DNA of 58,310 nucleotides from Chromera velia (lineage: Eukaryota): contig JAHBMJ010000062.1 in NCBI GenBank assembly GCA_018398765.1, positions 1 to 58,310 on the forward strand. Direction: 5' to 3'. The notes beneath the pieces were generated by a model. The model made no database searches. It was not told the DNA's origin and saw only the letters and a program-made list of their open reading frames with translations. Position numbers and translations under genes: made by a program. The stretch's first letter is position 1, and every line of letters begins with the position of its first letter. This document shows, one piece after another, positions 24,701 to 37,436 of the stretch.

Positions 24701-27700
24701 GAGTTCGAAATGGGAAAAGTGCGGGAAGATCGGGAAAGAACAATAAACGTGTCCCTTGCAATCAGAAAATGCCACGACCTCCATTTCTTCTGTTCTCGCT
24801 CCTCGGTGACCCAGACGAAAACAAGGTGGAGGAGAAAAGAAGCAGAAAAAGAAGAGACAAAGGCAGAAAGGGGCAAAAAAGCAGCCAAAAAACAAAAAGA
24901 ACACCAAAGAATTAGCAGAAAAGCGGACCTCTGAGCTTTTTGCTCTTCACGATGACTCTCTGAGGGTCTGATGCCGTCACTTGTGCCACCAGTTGCAGAG
25001 GGAGGCGGTCGAGGAAGTACTCAGGATCTCTGCCCTGTTCCTCCAACAGGGCCAGAGACGGCTGTCCAACCTGAAATCAGTCAAATTAAGTCAGCCAGAA
25101 AGAGTATTTTCCAGACGCAGCAGAGCAAAAAGACAAGCGTCAAGGTCCCTCTGAAAACCACTCACATCGCGAGGACGAGACGCGGAGCTGCTACAAGTCC
25201 CTCCATCGAAATTTCGTAACCGCACACAGAGAAACTCTCCGTTCTCCGTCAATCATCGTCTTTGATTCTCTTGTGCCTCCCACCCCACCCCACCCACCCC
25301 AAAAAGAAAGCCACCCACCCACCTGCACGCAGGCTCCACACTCCAGGTCAGAGAGCCCCCTCCCGCCCCATTTGTCCACCCACTGCCCGTCCATACACAC
25401 GACCTCCAGACCCCCCTGTGCAGACATGTCGTCACGCTTGTCGATCAACGCGTATCTGCGATCAGCCCAGAGATTCAAGTCGCAGATTCCTTGTCAAACA
25501 ATCAAGGCACCAGAATCAGCACACCACTCACGTGTCCTCATTTCGGCCAGCCGATTGACATCCACGCACGCACGCACACACACACGCGCGCGCGCGCGCG
25601 CGCAGACTGATACACAGAAAGACACACACGAAGAGAGAAAGACATTATCGAGCCTGCCTGCACACAGGCAGGGCATGCGCAGCGATCCTGCCGGACTCCG
25701 AAGTCAAGGCAGGCGGGCGGGCGGGCGGACAGGCCTACCTACCTCTGCTGTGAGCACGAGACGACGACGGAGGTTCCCCACCCGAACTGTTCAGGGAGGA
25801 CTTGCGCGTTCTCCCTCCGTTTGCCTCTGGTCTCGGGCATGTAAGTGCACTTGCCGCATGCCTCTACATTCTTGCCCCCCAGCAACAGTTTGTGCTCGCA
25901 CTCCAAGATTTCTCTTTCAAACAAACAATCACCCCCCGGACATGGATCGCTGTTGCACGTGCGTGTCATCTCCCTGTCCCCCTGACAATTCTTCCCCCCA
26001 TTCGCGGGAGCAGGGGAGTTGCACAGACGGGTTCTCTTCTGGCTGCCCAGACCGCAGGAACGGGAACAAGTGCCCCACTCAGACCAACCACCAAACCCCC
26101 CGTTGACTGAACCATCCGCACAGGCCATCCAGACAAGACCATCGTCGTTCCCCGATTTGTCCTGAAGCGTGAAGCTGTGAGCAGTTCGACCTGCTGAAAT
26201 GGCGGCCCAAAAGTCCCGCACCTTATCCGAATTCGGGCTGTTCATCTGGTAACGGAACCCTGCGATGCTCTTCTTCCCAGACGGACACGAACCCCTGATC
26301 GTCCCTGATGTCACCTGCTTCCAAGTCTGGGAGACAGAAGAAATTCCGGGGGTGCTGCTCGGCAGGCAGACCATGTAGAGGAAGGCCTCGTCGTTGCCGC
26401 TTCGGTCAGTGAGCTTCAGACTGCAACTCCTCGACCCAGCAGTACAGACCTTCCCACTCCAGTTGCCTACATCCTTGCTGTTCTGCTGCAAGGCAAAGCC
26501 GAAGACCACCTTTTTTCCCGAAGAACAGGTGGCAGAAGCCGTGTTGGTGGTCTTTGAGATCTTTTGTTGGAGCCCGCTGATGGTCGAAGACCCGCAAAGA
26601 ATCCAGACAAGGCTTTCATCATCTCCGCTCAGGTTGCTCGCGGAGAAGCTGCACGTTCTCTGCCCAATGGGACACGTGCTCATCTTGGCGTTGTCCAGGT
26701 TTCCCCCGTCTGTGTTGACGTGCATCCCGAAGCCTGTGACAATGACAGTGCCGGAAGGACAGGAACACGAGGGGGAGTCTGCTGCACATGCCACAGTCTT
26801 CAAACCGAAGAAGAGGCTGCTCACGCTCTCCTTTTGAGTCTGGGTAGTCCCACTGCTGCCCCCTGGGCAGGGATCGGGATTGCAGGCCTGGGTTTGGCTT
26901 GTATCCCCACTACACGATTTGCCCCCATCACTTGGTTTCGGGTTCGTACACGTTCGCGTCCGTGTTCTTGACCCTGTGCCGCATGTCTTCGAACAGGACC
27001 CCCAAGCGCTCCAAGAAGAGAGCCCCCCGTTCACAGGGTTGGAAGCGCACACACCCCACATCATCACGTCGTCGTTCCCACTGTAGTCCTTCGCCTCAAT
27101 CGAGTCCGTCCTGCTCCCCACCTTCACGGACCGCCAGCTCCAGCGCATCTTACCGGAGTTCGGGTTGTTCATCTGGTAGGCAAATCCGGCAATTAACTTG
27201 GAGGTTCCTGGACAGGTCTGGGTGATCTTTCCGGAAGTCTTGAACTGGATTTGCTGGGTGACTTTGCTCAAGGCGGGGGTGTTGCTGGGAAGGCAGACCA
27301 TGTAGAGGAAGGCCTCGTCATTGCCCTTTCGGTCGGTGAGCTTCAGACTGCAACTCCTCCCGTTGGCACCGCAAGTGATACCACTCCAGCTGCTGACGCT
27401 CTTGCTGTTCTGCTGCAGGCCGAACCCGAAAGCAATCCTCTTGCTGGACGCACACGAGGCAGACGCTGTGTTTGTGGTCTTTGAAATCTTCTGCTCCAGA
27501 CCGGAGATCGTGGAGGACCCACAGAGAATCCACACGAGACCCTCGTCGTCACCCTTCAGGTCAGTCACAGAGGCCTTGCACGAACGACTGCCGATCGAAC
27601 AGCCAACCATCTTGGCCTTGTCCAGATTCCCATCCCCTGTGTTGACGTGCATCCCAAATCCAGTGACAATCACCTTGCCACTGGGACACGTGCACGTCGG

Positions 27701-30577
27701 GTGATCATGCGCACACGTAACAGGCTGGAGGTTCTTGAAGAGGTCCGGCACAGCAGTGCCCCCTGTGAGGCTCTCGTCGAATGATTCCAAAGCCTCGCTT
27801 TCTCTGTCAGTCTCCTCATGTCCCTCCAGACCTACTGTTTCGGTCCGGTTGGACCTTGACGCCTCCTGAATGAGAGACAGGGACAAAGTCGCTGTCTTGG
27901 CTTGCTCGGAGTGCTCGTCGATGGAGTGCGTCTCCGTCTCCTCACCTTCGGAATCGGGGGATGTCTGTCCTTCTCTTTCCTTCTGCTGGCTCTCTTCCCC
28001 TTCCTGGTCGTCAGACTCGGACTGAATGCCGTGCACCCATCCATCTTCTAGGACTTCCTTCTCTCCCTCTTTGCCTTCTTCTTCACCCGAACTTTCCTCT
28101 TCCTCGAGAAGACTGTCACTGTCCTCGTCCTCATCCTCATCGTCTGGCGACTTTGATCCAGGATGCGAAGAGGACACTGCATCATCATCGTGGTGAGAGA
28201 CGGAGAGGAAGGATGAGCTCGAGAGGGTGTCCTCCTCCTCGTCCTCCCCATGAAGGTCCTCGTCCTCTTCCTCGGTCTGGGTTTCGGAGGGGGACGTGAA
28301 GGGGGAGGAGGCCAGAAGGGTGGCGACAGGTGGTGATCCCGTCTCGATGAGGGAACCTGAGTGGGATGCGTGTATGCATGGAAGGAGGGGAGGACTTTGA
28401 GGTCGGGTGGGCAGATCTGCTTCGTTTCAGAAAATGCATCCATCTTGCCGTCTTTTTCATTTGATGAGTGCAAAAACAGTTCATGCGCGGAAAGGAATGC
28501 AAGGATGCCTGTTCCAGTGAGATCATTGTAGAACTGAATGTGAGGGGGTAGCCGTCAGATTGTTGACACCCTCACTCCTTCATGCCAATGTGAACGAAGA
28601 CCATCCGCACTCACAAACGTCAACTAAGGAAGCTGGGCAGCAACGGGGAAAGAAGGTGCCGACTGACTTGGCAACTGCGCGGAATCAACGCTCGTGAGCA
28701 GTTTCCTTCTCTTGGTCCCGGCCATGCAGCCCTCAGGGTCGGCAATCAGACAGGAGTCGTGACGGGGAATGCCGAAGAGGGTGCCAAGAGAGACCTCGGC
28801 CCCCGTGCCTGGCTCGCTCATCAGGGCCCCACAGGTGCTGTACAGCCGGCATTGCGGATCCCCTCCCATCTGCCCGACCTGCAAACCGAGAGGCAGAGAG
28901 GGAGATGGAGAAAGCAGCCAGATGCGCATCATACCAGATGCACACATCCCTTGTGAGTGTTTCTCAGAAGACTGTCTCGTTTGAAGGCCCACGCAACGCT
29001 GTGGCAACAACAGAGAGAGGGAGCAAAAAAGGGCATCACACAAGAGAGAGGGAAAGAAAAGAGAGGACCGAGGCCATACAACCACTGTGGCCCGTCATCA
29101 CCACGCGACTATCAGCTGGAAGTCTAAAGGCACACATGCACAGGGAATGGAAGAAAAGAATTTCCAGGCACCGCGGCTTGCTGCTCTCCCTTCACTGAAA
29201 ACAGAAAAAAGATTTGCCCACCCAGCCAGCCACCCACCTACCCACCCAGAAGAAATTGCACTTCGAGTTCCCTCTGCATGCCTGTGCACACAGATCCTCG
29301 TCCTCGGTCGGTTGGGTGGTCAGCAGGAAGGACAGCAGGCAGGTCAGCTTCCCCCGTGCGATCAGTTGGGGTGCCGCTGTGCTTCCAGGGATCAGGTTGG
29401 ATCCTGAGGCCGGGAGCATCGAGAAGGACTCGGAGGTCACCGGCGGGTTCTCTCCCCACGACGCAGGGAAACAACTGCAAAAATTCATTCAGGGAGGGAG
29501 CGCAGGAGGGGGATAGAGCCAGAGACCTTCCCTGATAAGCGAAGAAGAAAGGCCGTAGATACCGCATAAGACAAAAAAAGAGAGCTCGAAAGAAGAAAGA
29601 GACAGACCAAGGGCGAAACGGTCCTGCACAGATCCGAGCCTCTGCCAAATTTCCTTTCTGCATCCCTGCTTGTAGACGCACTCGCGATCCATGCCTTCTT
29701 TCTTTCCTCTATCTACAGAGATAATTAATGTGCGACTGGATGGATCTGCAGATGGATCGACTAACTCACTCACTCACTCACTCACTTACTCGCATGGGTC
29801 GAGGTAGAAGCTGGCGGTGCTGTCGTCAACGTCGGAGAATCTGAAGATCTCGCCAGGGTCTGTGGCTCCTGGCTTTTCTTCTTCCTTCTCGTCGTCCTCT
29901 CCCTTTTTCTCCTCCTTGTCGTCCTCTGCCTCCTTCTCTGCCTCCCCCCCAAGAGGGGAAGCGCATCCTCGAGGAGACCGCACAAGGTCCCAGCGTTTCG
30001 TGTTGGTGAATCCTGCACGGCCGGCCGGGATGCAGAAACGAATTTTCGAATCAGTCACCGCAAAGAGCCACCAAGATACAGAGCGTGCATTCGTGATTGC
30101 AGATGTGCCAACTTCTATTTTTTCAATTCCCTTGCTCTTTGTGTCAAGAATGATCTCGTTGCCATTCTTGCAAAATAATTGACTAGCGGCAATAAGCTTT
30201 CTGCTGTGGTATTGCCACGGCCTGGCACTCCAATGAGTCTCCCGACTGAGGGACGTATCTCATGCATTATCTTTGAGACCCTGTCCCTCTGTCAAATATT
30301 TACTCTCTCTCTCACTTACTTCTTGATCCCCCAGGAGGGAAGACCTTCGCGTTGGTCGAGCGGTAGTTTCCGTACGGGGACCCAGCGAAGGTCCCGACAT
30401 ACAGCCCGGGTATGCAGGCGATGACAGGGCCCCTCAGCTGGAAGGCCCCCGACTCGACATCCAGAAAGTCCGTCTCTGGGTGGGCCTGCATGTGGGCACA
30501 CACAGAAAAAAGGGGGAAGGGAAGGGAATGGGTCCATGCAGCGGGAGAGTGCCCAGAGACAATGACAGATGTGCGCG

Positions 30578-30616
<39 letters not shown>

Positions 30617-30692
30617 ATCCACACACCGGAGGGAGAGAGAGAAAGAAAACAAGAAAGAAAGAAAGAACGAACGAACGAAAGAAAAGAAAGAA

Positions 30693-30723
<31 letters not shown>

Positions 30724-32246
30724 CAAGAAAGCAAGAAAACAAGAAAGCAAGAAAGAAGGAAAGAAAGAAAGAAAGAAAAGAAAGAAAGAAAGAAAGAAAG
30801 AGGGAAGGAAAGAAAGAAAGAAAGAAAGAAAAAAAGAAAGAAAAAAAGAAAGAAAGAAAGAAAAGAAAGAAAGAAAGAAAGAAGGAAGGAAGGAAAGAAA
30901 GAAAGAAAGAAAGAAAGAAAGAGAAATCATCGGACCCGGCAGCCTGTGCACGAATTGCTGTACAACCTGTACTTGCGCAGGCATAGTTTCTCTCTCTTTT
31001 TCTTTCTGTGGTTGCTCACGCAAATGCAGCAGCCTAATCAGACCTCCCACACCAACTGTCCTGTGTTTCTGCTTACCTGTCGAACAATCCACTCGTGTCC
31101 CTTGCAGACTGCATCAGGGTCTCTGGTCACGTCCACCCCCGATCTCTTCACCAGATACGCAGCGTCCTTCGGGGAGAAGCCCTTCTTCTCAAACAACCTG
31201 TCGCCGGTCACCGCGTCCCGAGCAATCGGACAGAAGGTCCCGGAGTGCCACACCGATCCCTCCAGGCGAAGCTCCAGGCAGGTTGCCTCAGGGTCACACG
31301 AGGTCCTCACGTAGATGGACAGAAGAGACCCGGAACCGCGCCCGTGAACCGCCACGTTCTTGTTGCGTCCCTTCTTGCACGAGCTTCCCTTGACGTAGAA
31401 GAATGCACACACAGGATCGGCACTGCAAGCCGCCCTGCAGCTGTCCAGACTGACCCCAGCCTTGAGGAAGTCTGCGGGGGTGTCCGTGAAGTCCGAGAGC
31501 ACGACGCTGCCCGCCCGCACCCTTGTCGCCTGCCAGCACTCTGAGTCTTCGAGAGCAAACACGAAGGGGGACGAAGAGAGCAGCCACTCCGTCTGAGTAC
31601 CTCCGGGGGTGGAGGGCCCCCCTGTCTCTTCCATGTGGGTGGAGGCAACGGACATGTTGTGACTGGCAAGGTTCTCCTGTCCCTCTTCGAACAGCGTGGA
31701 ACTCGGAGTCACGGGAAGGCCTGGAGTCGCTGGAAGGGGGAGGGCGGCAATTCGGCAAGAAAACTCGGCGACTGCGCGTTGCTTGCCAGACGCAAACTGC
31801 ATCGTCATCACATTTAAACGGGAAGGGCAGGGAAGGGAAAGAAATGATCAGATCAAATGAAAGAGAAACGAACAATCGATTCCTTCAAAAAGGTGTCGCT
31901 GGACGGGACTCACAATGGACATCAAAGAGGACCCCTGCATGCCCCTATCTCTCTCTGCATCTGAAGGGAACCCAATGCCCCCCCCCGCGGCCACCCTGAC
32001 TGACGGTCAAAGGAAGCACAGCATCTGCCAGAGCCTTCGGTCCAGTGGTGCCCCCCACCTCTCCCGTGCGGGGATCGAAGGAGAAGAGGGGAAACGTCGG
32101 CAACGTCTTGTCGTTCGACCGGAAGGAGACAAGCCCAGTCAGAACGTCGTGCTCAACTTTACCCTCTCCCACATCGTCGCAGGCGAGTGTGAAGAATACT
32201 GGGGACAGCGGGAGCATCTTCTCCTCGTCGTTGATCTGCAAATTGT

Positions 32247-32306
<60 letters not shown>

Positions 32307-32670
32307 CACAGTGGTTTTTTGTGTTTTTTGTGAGTGCTGGAAGAGGAATACAGAAACGGCAGAGGACACAAAAAAGAAGCAAACTCCCTGGTGGCAAAAT
32401 TTCATCACCATAGAAGAAAGAAACGGAACACAGCCGTTCGGAGGGGCCAAGGTGAGAAGGGACAGGGACAGAGAGACACAGCGAGGAAGAGGACCAATCT
32501 GCGGAGAGAAAGAAAGACAGATGCAAATGCTCAGAAAGGGGGCTCCATGTGACTTTCTATTTTGAGGCCTGCTCCGAAAAGGAAAGGAGGAAGGCAGACA
32601 GGGCAGGCAGGCAGCAAGAGAAAGAAAGAAAGACAGAAAGAAAGAAAGAAAGAAAGGAAGGAAGGAAGGA

Positions 32671-32718
<48 letters not shown>

Positions 32719-32723
32719 AAAAA

Positions 32724-32754
<31 letters not shown>

Positions 32755-35700
32755 GAAGGAAGGAAGGAAGAAAGAGATGTGAAAGATGTGAAAGGAAAGG
32801 AAAGGAAAGGAACGCCGACAGACGGACGAACCGAAGGATCGAAGGGTTTCAGTTGGATCCCCGACCTCACAGGCTTCCCTGGAGAGAGGGTCAGTCTCTT
32901 TCCGAACGGCATGGCGATGTCTTTCCACTGCTGCCGCTTGATCAGGAGAACGTCGAAGTTCTCCGGTTTCTCCTCTTCCACTGGCTGCCCTGGGATGGTG
33001 ACCTCCGTTGTCAGACTTACCCTGCACAAACAGAGAACGCGGGCAGACAGGCACTTAGAGATGAAGCCGAAACACTGTTTCATTGCTGCCCCAATTGCAA
33101 ATAGTTGGACAGGAAGATCGACACAAGAGCAGACTCTAGGTGACACGTAAAGAAACGCTTTGTGCCCGAATTCTGTCTTCTAAGAGCCTGAAGCAAGAGA
33201 AAAAAAGGAATACAAGGCAGAAAAACTTCTACGCGAATCTTAGCCACGTCCTCTACAACCTCTCATATGCTCCTTCGCAGCCACTCACCTGCACTTAGTT
33301 GCCTGTGCCTCGAGCATTGAAATCTCGGACTCTGTTGCGTTGATGCCTGCCATTTGTTGTCCCGTAGCAGAGAGGACCCCATCCTCGGAGAGGCCCCCCT
33401 CTGTGTCCTTGGTGGTTGCCTTCAGTCGCAGCCTCCCCCACTGGTTGAGCACATACGTGTTCACCCATGTGACTTCAGGAGTGCACTCGATCCCGAGGGA
33501 CTTGAAGGAGGGCTTCACGGTGGAAGAGGACTTCAAAGGGATCACGATGCCCTCTGCAACCCCATATATGCAGTCAGTCACTTGGGTGTTCTACAGATGA
33601 TCGCGCAAGATATCGAGCTTCTGAAGCGCGCAGGCACTCTCTTTTTTTCAGACAGCAATCAATCAATCTCACCCTTTCTTTGCTTGAGGCCGCCTCACAG
33701 CACGGAAGGACAAGGGGGGAGCAGTAGCACGTGGTGCGAATTTCTCCTCTTTCGTCCCACTCCTCCCAATACAGGTTTTCTTGGTGCAGCAGAAAAGAGA
33801 GTGGAGCTGACCGACACACTGACTGACCATCAAGTACGAGAGTCTTGTGACCGAATGTGACGGGCAACGCTCGAATGTGGACAGTCGTGTTGTACGACAG
33901 ACCTGCACGCGCTTGCATAATTGCACAAGAGTAAGAACATACTACGCAATTCTCCACAAGGACTCAGAAGGCGGGACAGGGCTTCAGAAGCAGTCAGACA
34001 GACGGTAAAAATGAATGAAGGGAAGCGGTAGAGAAGAACCCGAGAGCCCATAATCTCCCCCCGTCATCTCCACCTGCAGTCAAATTCCGACTTTTCACAA
34101 GCGCAACGATCCCCCAACGCTCCCCCAACCCCACGAAGACAGCAGACCACCATGGTTGCCCCAGTCAATCACCCACCCACCATCAGGTCTGTTCTCCACT
34201 GCAGTGACCAGGCAGCTGACAGAGAATGAAGACTCAACGTCAGCCTTCCCCTTCACTTCACCTGCAGAGACGAAGAGAAAGAAGGAAAGGCAGAAAGAAT
34301 TAAAGAAAAGCGGCGGAAGAATCGAAGAGAGAGCTAACACACAAGAAGCTAGGAAAAAGAAGTCTGATTGAGCGAAGGGCAAAGGCCTATGAGGCATCCT
34401 CGCCTTCCCACCATCGGCATTCCTCACCTCCTATCTCCTTCTCTCGTGGACTGTTTGTATGTACGTGAGGTTTCTCCCCGAAGATTCACATGTAACTTCC
34501 GAACTTCCCATCGACCTGCAGACAGACGGCATGTTGTTTCGACCCCCCGACAGGCCGACTGACTGACCTGTGTGCGAGTCCAGGGTTAGGCCAAACTCGT
34601 GGAGAGGGCAGTCACTCCCGACAGCGTAGTGAGAGGCCGTGCGGGGAACTGGACGAATGCTCACGTCAGACCCAGTCAGGACGTCGACGTTATCTGCATT
34701 CACGCATTTTCTCGCACAAAAGGACGTAAGAAAGCAAGAAAGAAAAACGATGAGCGATTGTACCCACAGTCAACGCAAACAGAGGGCGCAGTGAGGCATG
34801 CGGACCGACCGGTGTTGGATAGAAAGAAATGAGAGGTCCAACAAACTGAAGTAGAGAACAGCATGAGATCAAAGACAACCTCGCAGACAGGCAGCCAATT
34901 CATGTAGCGCTCTCTACTCAATTTGACCCGCAAAAAGGGGCTCCTGGATTCTCCCCAAGGAACCCTTTGCTTCACCGATCCTCCAGTCAACAGATGGGGG
35001 GGAACCATTCAGCGGACGCGTCAGCGAGAGTAGGAAGTGCAGGTTTTTCTTCTCAATCAAAACTGAAGACTCGTCTTACGCACGCACCTTCGTATGCAAA
35101 AGGTGTCGGAGCCTTGACTCCGCCTCCGCAACCACAGCAGGCTTCCAGGGCACTCACCTGCATGCAGACAGAAAGGGAAGGAGAAAGAGAATGCTCCATA
35201 GTCGTTCAAGGCTGGCCTCACCGTGCAAAGAATCGGGTTCCAGGATAATTATTTGTGTAGTTTCTTTTGTGGGCTCTTCGACAGCCTTTCCCAGAGCGAA
35301 AAGCGACCCGCACCTTGCCCATTTCCCTTTCTCTTAGAATTGTGTCGAAGTGGGGACTGTAACAACACCCTTTCAGGCTCAAAGGCCGAAGGGACAAAGG
35401 AAGGGGTAAGGGCAGTGACTGACCCCCTTGGTGCCCATTTTCTTGAAGGTCTCCTTCTCTTTGTCTGTAAACAAACGGGCGGTTCCCGGAGGGCAGGCTT
35501 CTGCACAGGAGGACCCGTCCGTCTGCTCGAAAGGGAGGTCCGAGCAGGCTGTGCACCGCGGCTTCTTGCAGTCCACATCGCTAGGCTGGCACTGCAAGAC
35601 CCAACCTGCAAGCACGTAGAGTGAAGAAACGTTTCTTTCATCAAACGAGAGTCGTGAGTCGCTCGCGCCAACTCTGCCGGCGCTTGTGCAGACCGGAATA

Positions 35701-36434
35701 GAAGAGGAGAGCCAGACTGCCGCCAGGGTCGGAGACAAGAAATACGGAAACGACAAGGGAGGGATGGAGACAGAGACAGAAGGGACGAACGAGAGAACGC
35801 AGAGATGCACAAGGGGAGAAGAGACGGAAAGCAGGTAGAACGAAAGGGGCAAGGGGAGGAAGATGGGAGGGCCATTCTCTGACCCACCGGGTTTGCACTC
35901 TCCGCACGTGTCTGTCTTCTTGTCATAGGATGCGCACCCGGCACACTGTAGGGACTCGAGAGGGCAACAGGACACTTCGGGTTTCCCATCAACGAAGGTC
36001 GTCAGGCCCATCTCCCCGGCTGCACACGCGTCCAAAGTGTGCTTCTGGAGAGAGGACGACTCAGACCCAGCAAGCCCCCAGTTTTCCCCCTTCCCTTTTG
36101 CTGTAGAAGAAGCAAACGAGTGAGAATCTTCAGGGGCCGCACATCCCTCAAAAGCCTGTGGTTTGGGAATGGAGGCGAAGGCTTGTGCTCTACTTGTGTG
36201 TGGAGGAATGTATCCAGTGGAGTCTTCTGCCTCTCTTGCACTGAGACGCCACGGGTCTACAGTAGAAACGTGGGCATGTCCTTGTTGGTGTGAATGGAGG
36301 GAAGGAGCCCCCCTTCGGTTCAGGTGGCGAACACCTGAAGTCGTGAAGGTCTTGGCTTCCACCCTTGCGCCCGGAAGGAGGAGGGGCAGGGCCGAAAATA
36401 AAGCAGAAAGAAAAATTGGGAAGTTCACCCACAT
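15747..36434 (-). CDS. Very large multi-exon secreted mosaic adhesin-like protein (signal peptide, CCxCGGG, Ig/cadherin-like, PAN/Apple, 2x[3 Cys modules+TSP1], sushi-like, ricin-like, helical C-terminus)
   Basis: ATG 36434 with signal peptide [27 protein letters not shown], followed by a chain of GT-AG-bounded coding exons: 36434-35888, 35605-35424, about 35157-35087, 33285-33600, 31990-32240, 31080-31800, 28356-25743, 25325-25460, 24420-24580, 23042-23410, 21260-21735, 19860-20052, 19247-19336, 18877-18970, 18490-18567, 17143-18260, about 16760-15747. That these form a single gene is inferred; not every junction phase was verified. Confidence 0.75.
22982..23054 (-). mobile_element. Tiny poly(A)-tailed retroposed insertion with 23-bp target-site duplication
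   Basis: AAAGACCAACCTGGCACTTAAGA at 22982-23004 and 23032-23054 flanks T12+GTATGAAAGTAAACA (minus strand: 15 nt + A12). Confidence 0.75.
25938..26107 (-). other. Thrombospondin type-1 domain 2 of the large protein
   Basis: [43 protein letters not shown]...CNSDPCP. Confidence 0.95.
26866..27034 (-). other. Thrombospondin type-1 domain 1 of the large protein
   Basis: [43 protein letters not shown]...CNPDPCP. Confidence 0.95.
30640..30925. repeat. Intronic (GAAA)n microsatellite
   Basis: Visible purine tetranucleotide array; a similar array lies at 32615-32810. Confidence 0.95.
31300..31540 (-). other. PAN/Apple-like domain of the large protein
   Basis: [27 protein letters not shown] (C-x3-C-x5-C-xx-F-x-Y...C). 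Confidence 0.65.
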
Positions 36435-36859
36435 TTCGTCAGGGTGTTAGAGGTGACTGGTCCAACTGTTAAGGATCGAAGGTGTTGTCGTATCCTGAAC
36501 AGAGCGACAAGCCGTCTCTCGACGTTGAAATCTGTCAAGCCCCTCCCGAATCAAGTTGAAGATGGGAAAAAAGAGGGTCGACAGAGTACGACAACTAATG
36601 ATGTTGGCTGCAGCAGGGTCCGGCTCCGTTGCCTTTTCTGCTGCCGAAAAAGGAGGGGGAAGGACTTCCGATTAGGAAATCAGTGTCAACACCCTAGATC
36701 GCGCGTGACCTACTATTGTTGTTGCTTCAACGGGAAAAAAAAAGGGGAAATCACGAACCAATACTTGTGATCCGCACAGTCGTTGTACTCTCCGAAGACG
36801 ATGAACGACAATAGACGAGATGTATGTCAAGATTTCAGCTTCAATCCAGGATCGATGAT

Positions 36860-37065
36860 GTGTTGGTTCAGCTGGAGCGATTAGCGGAAGCGTGAACCCT
36901 GGTTCAGACGGAACAAAGGATGAACGAAGGTAATGACGCCGTCTCCGGCGCGTGCATATTTTTTTTTTCCTCAGAAAAACCGGAATTTTGATAGCCCCTA
37001 GAAGAAGGGTAATATCACGACTATTTGGATTCGGCTGCGAAGTCTCCACGCCAAAATAAATTTTT
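36860..37065 (+). repeat. Split direct repeat A1
   Basis: GTGTTGGTTCAG...CCAAAATAAATTTT is repeated at 43854-44060. Confidence 0.93.
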
Positions 37066-37436
37066 CGGTCCTCGGGCCCAAAACAACAAATCGATATAAG
37101 CGCGTAGCGCACCACCGTTCTTGCGCGTAGCGCATCACTAACACCACTAGAGCGCGTAGCGCTGCTACTTGTAGGAGGTCCCATGGCGAGTAATGTCAAA
37201 CCCCCGAACACAAACTTTTATAGGCGAGTAACGCCCATCGGTGGATCATTTTATCCGATTGAGTTAAAAGCTCCATAGGCCAATCTAGTAGATTGCTGCC
37301 CCCTTTCGAAGTTGAAGTAAAATGAATTAAAGTGATTAACATTATGTCGCCTGAGGATAAAGGAAAGTTTCCCCCCACAACCATACCTGCGTCCGAGAAG
37401 GAGCGAAACGGAAAGAAAAATGAGGAGTAAAAAGAT

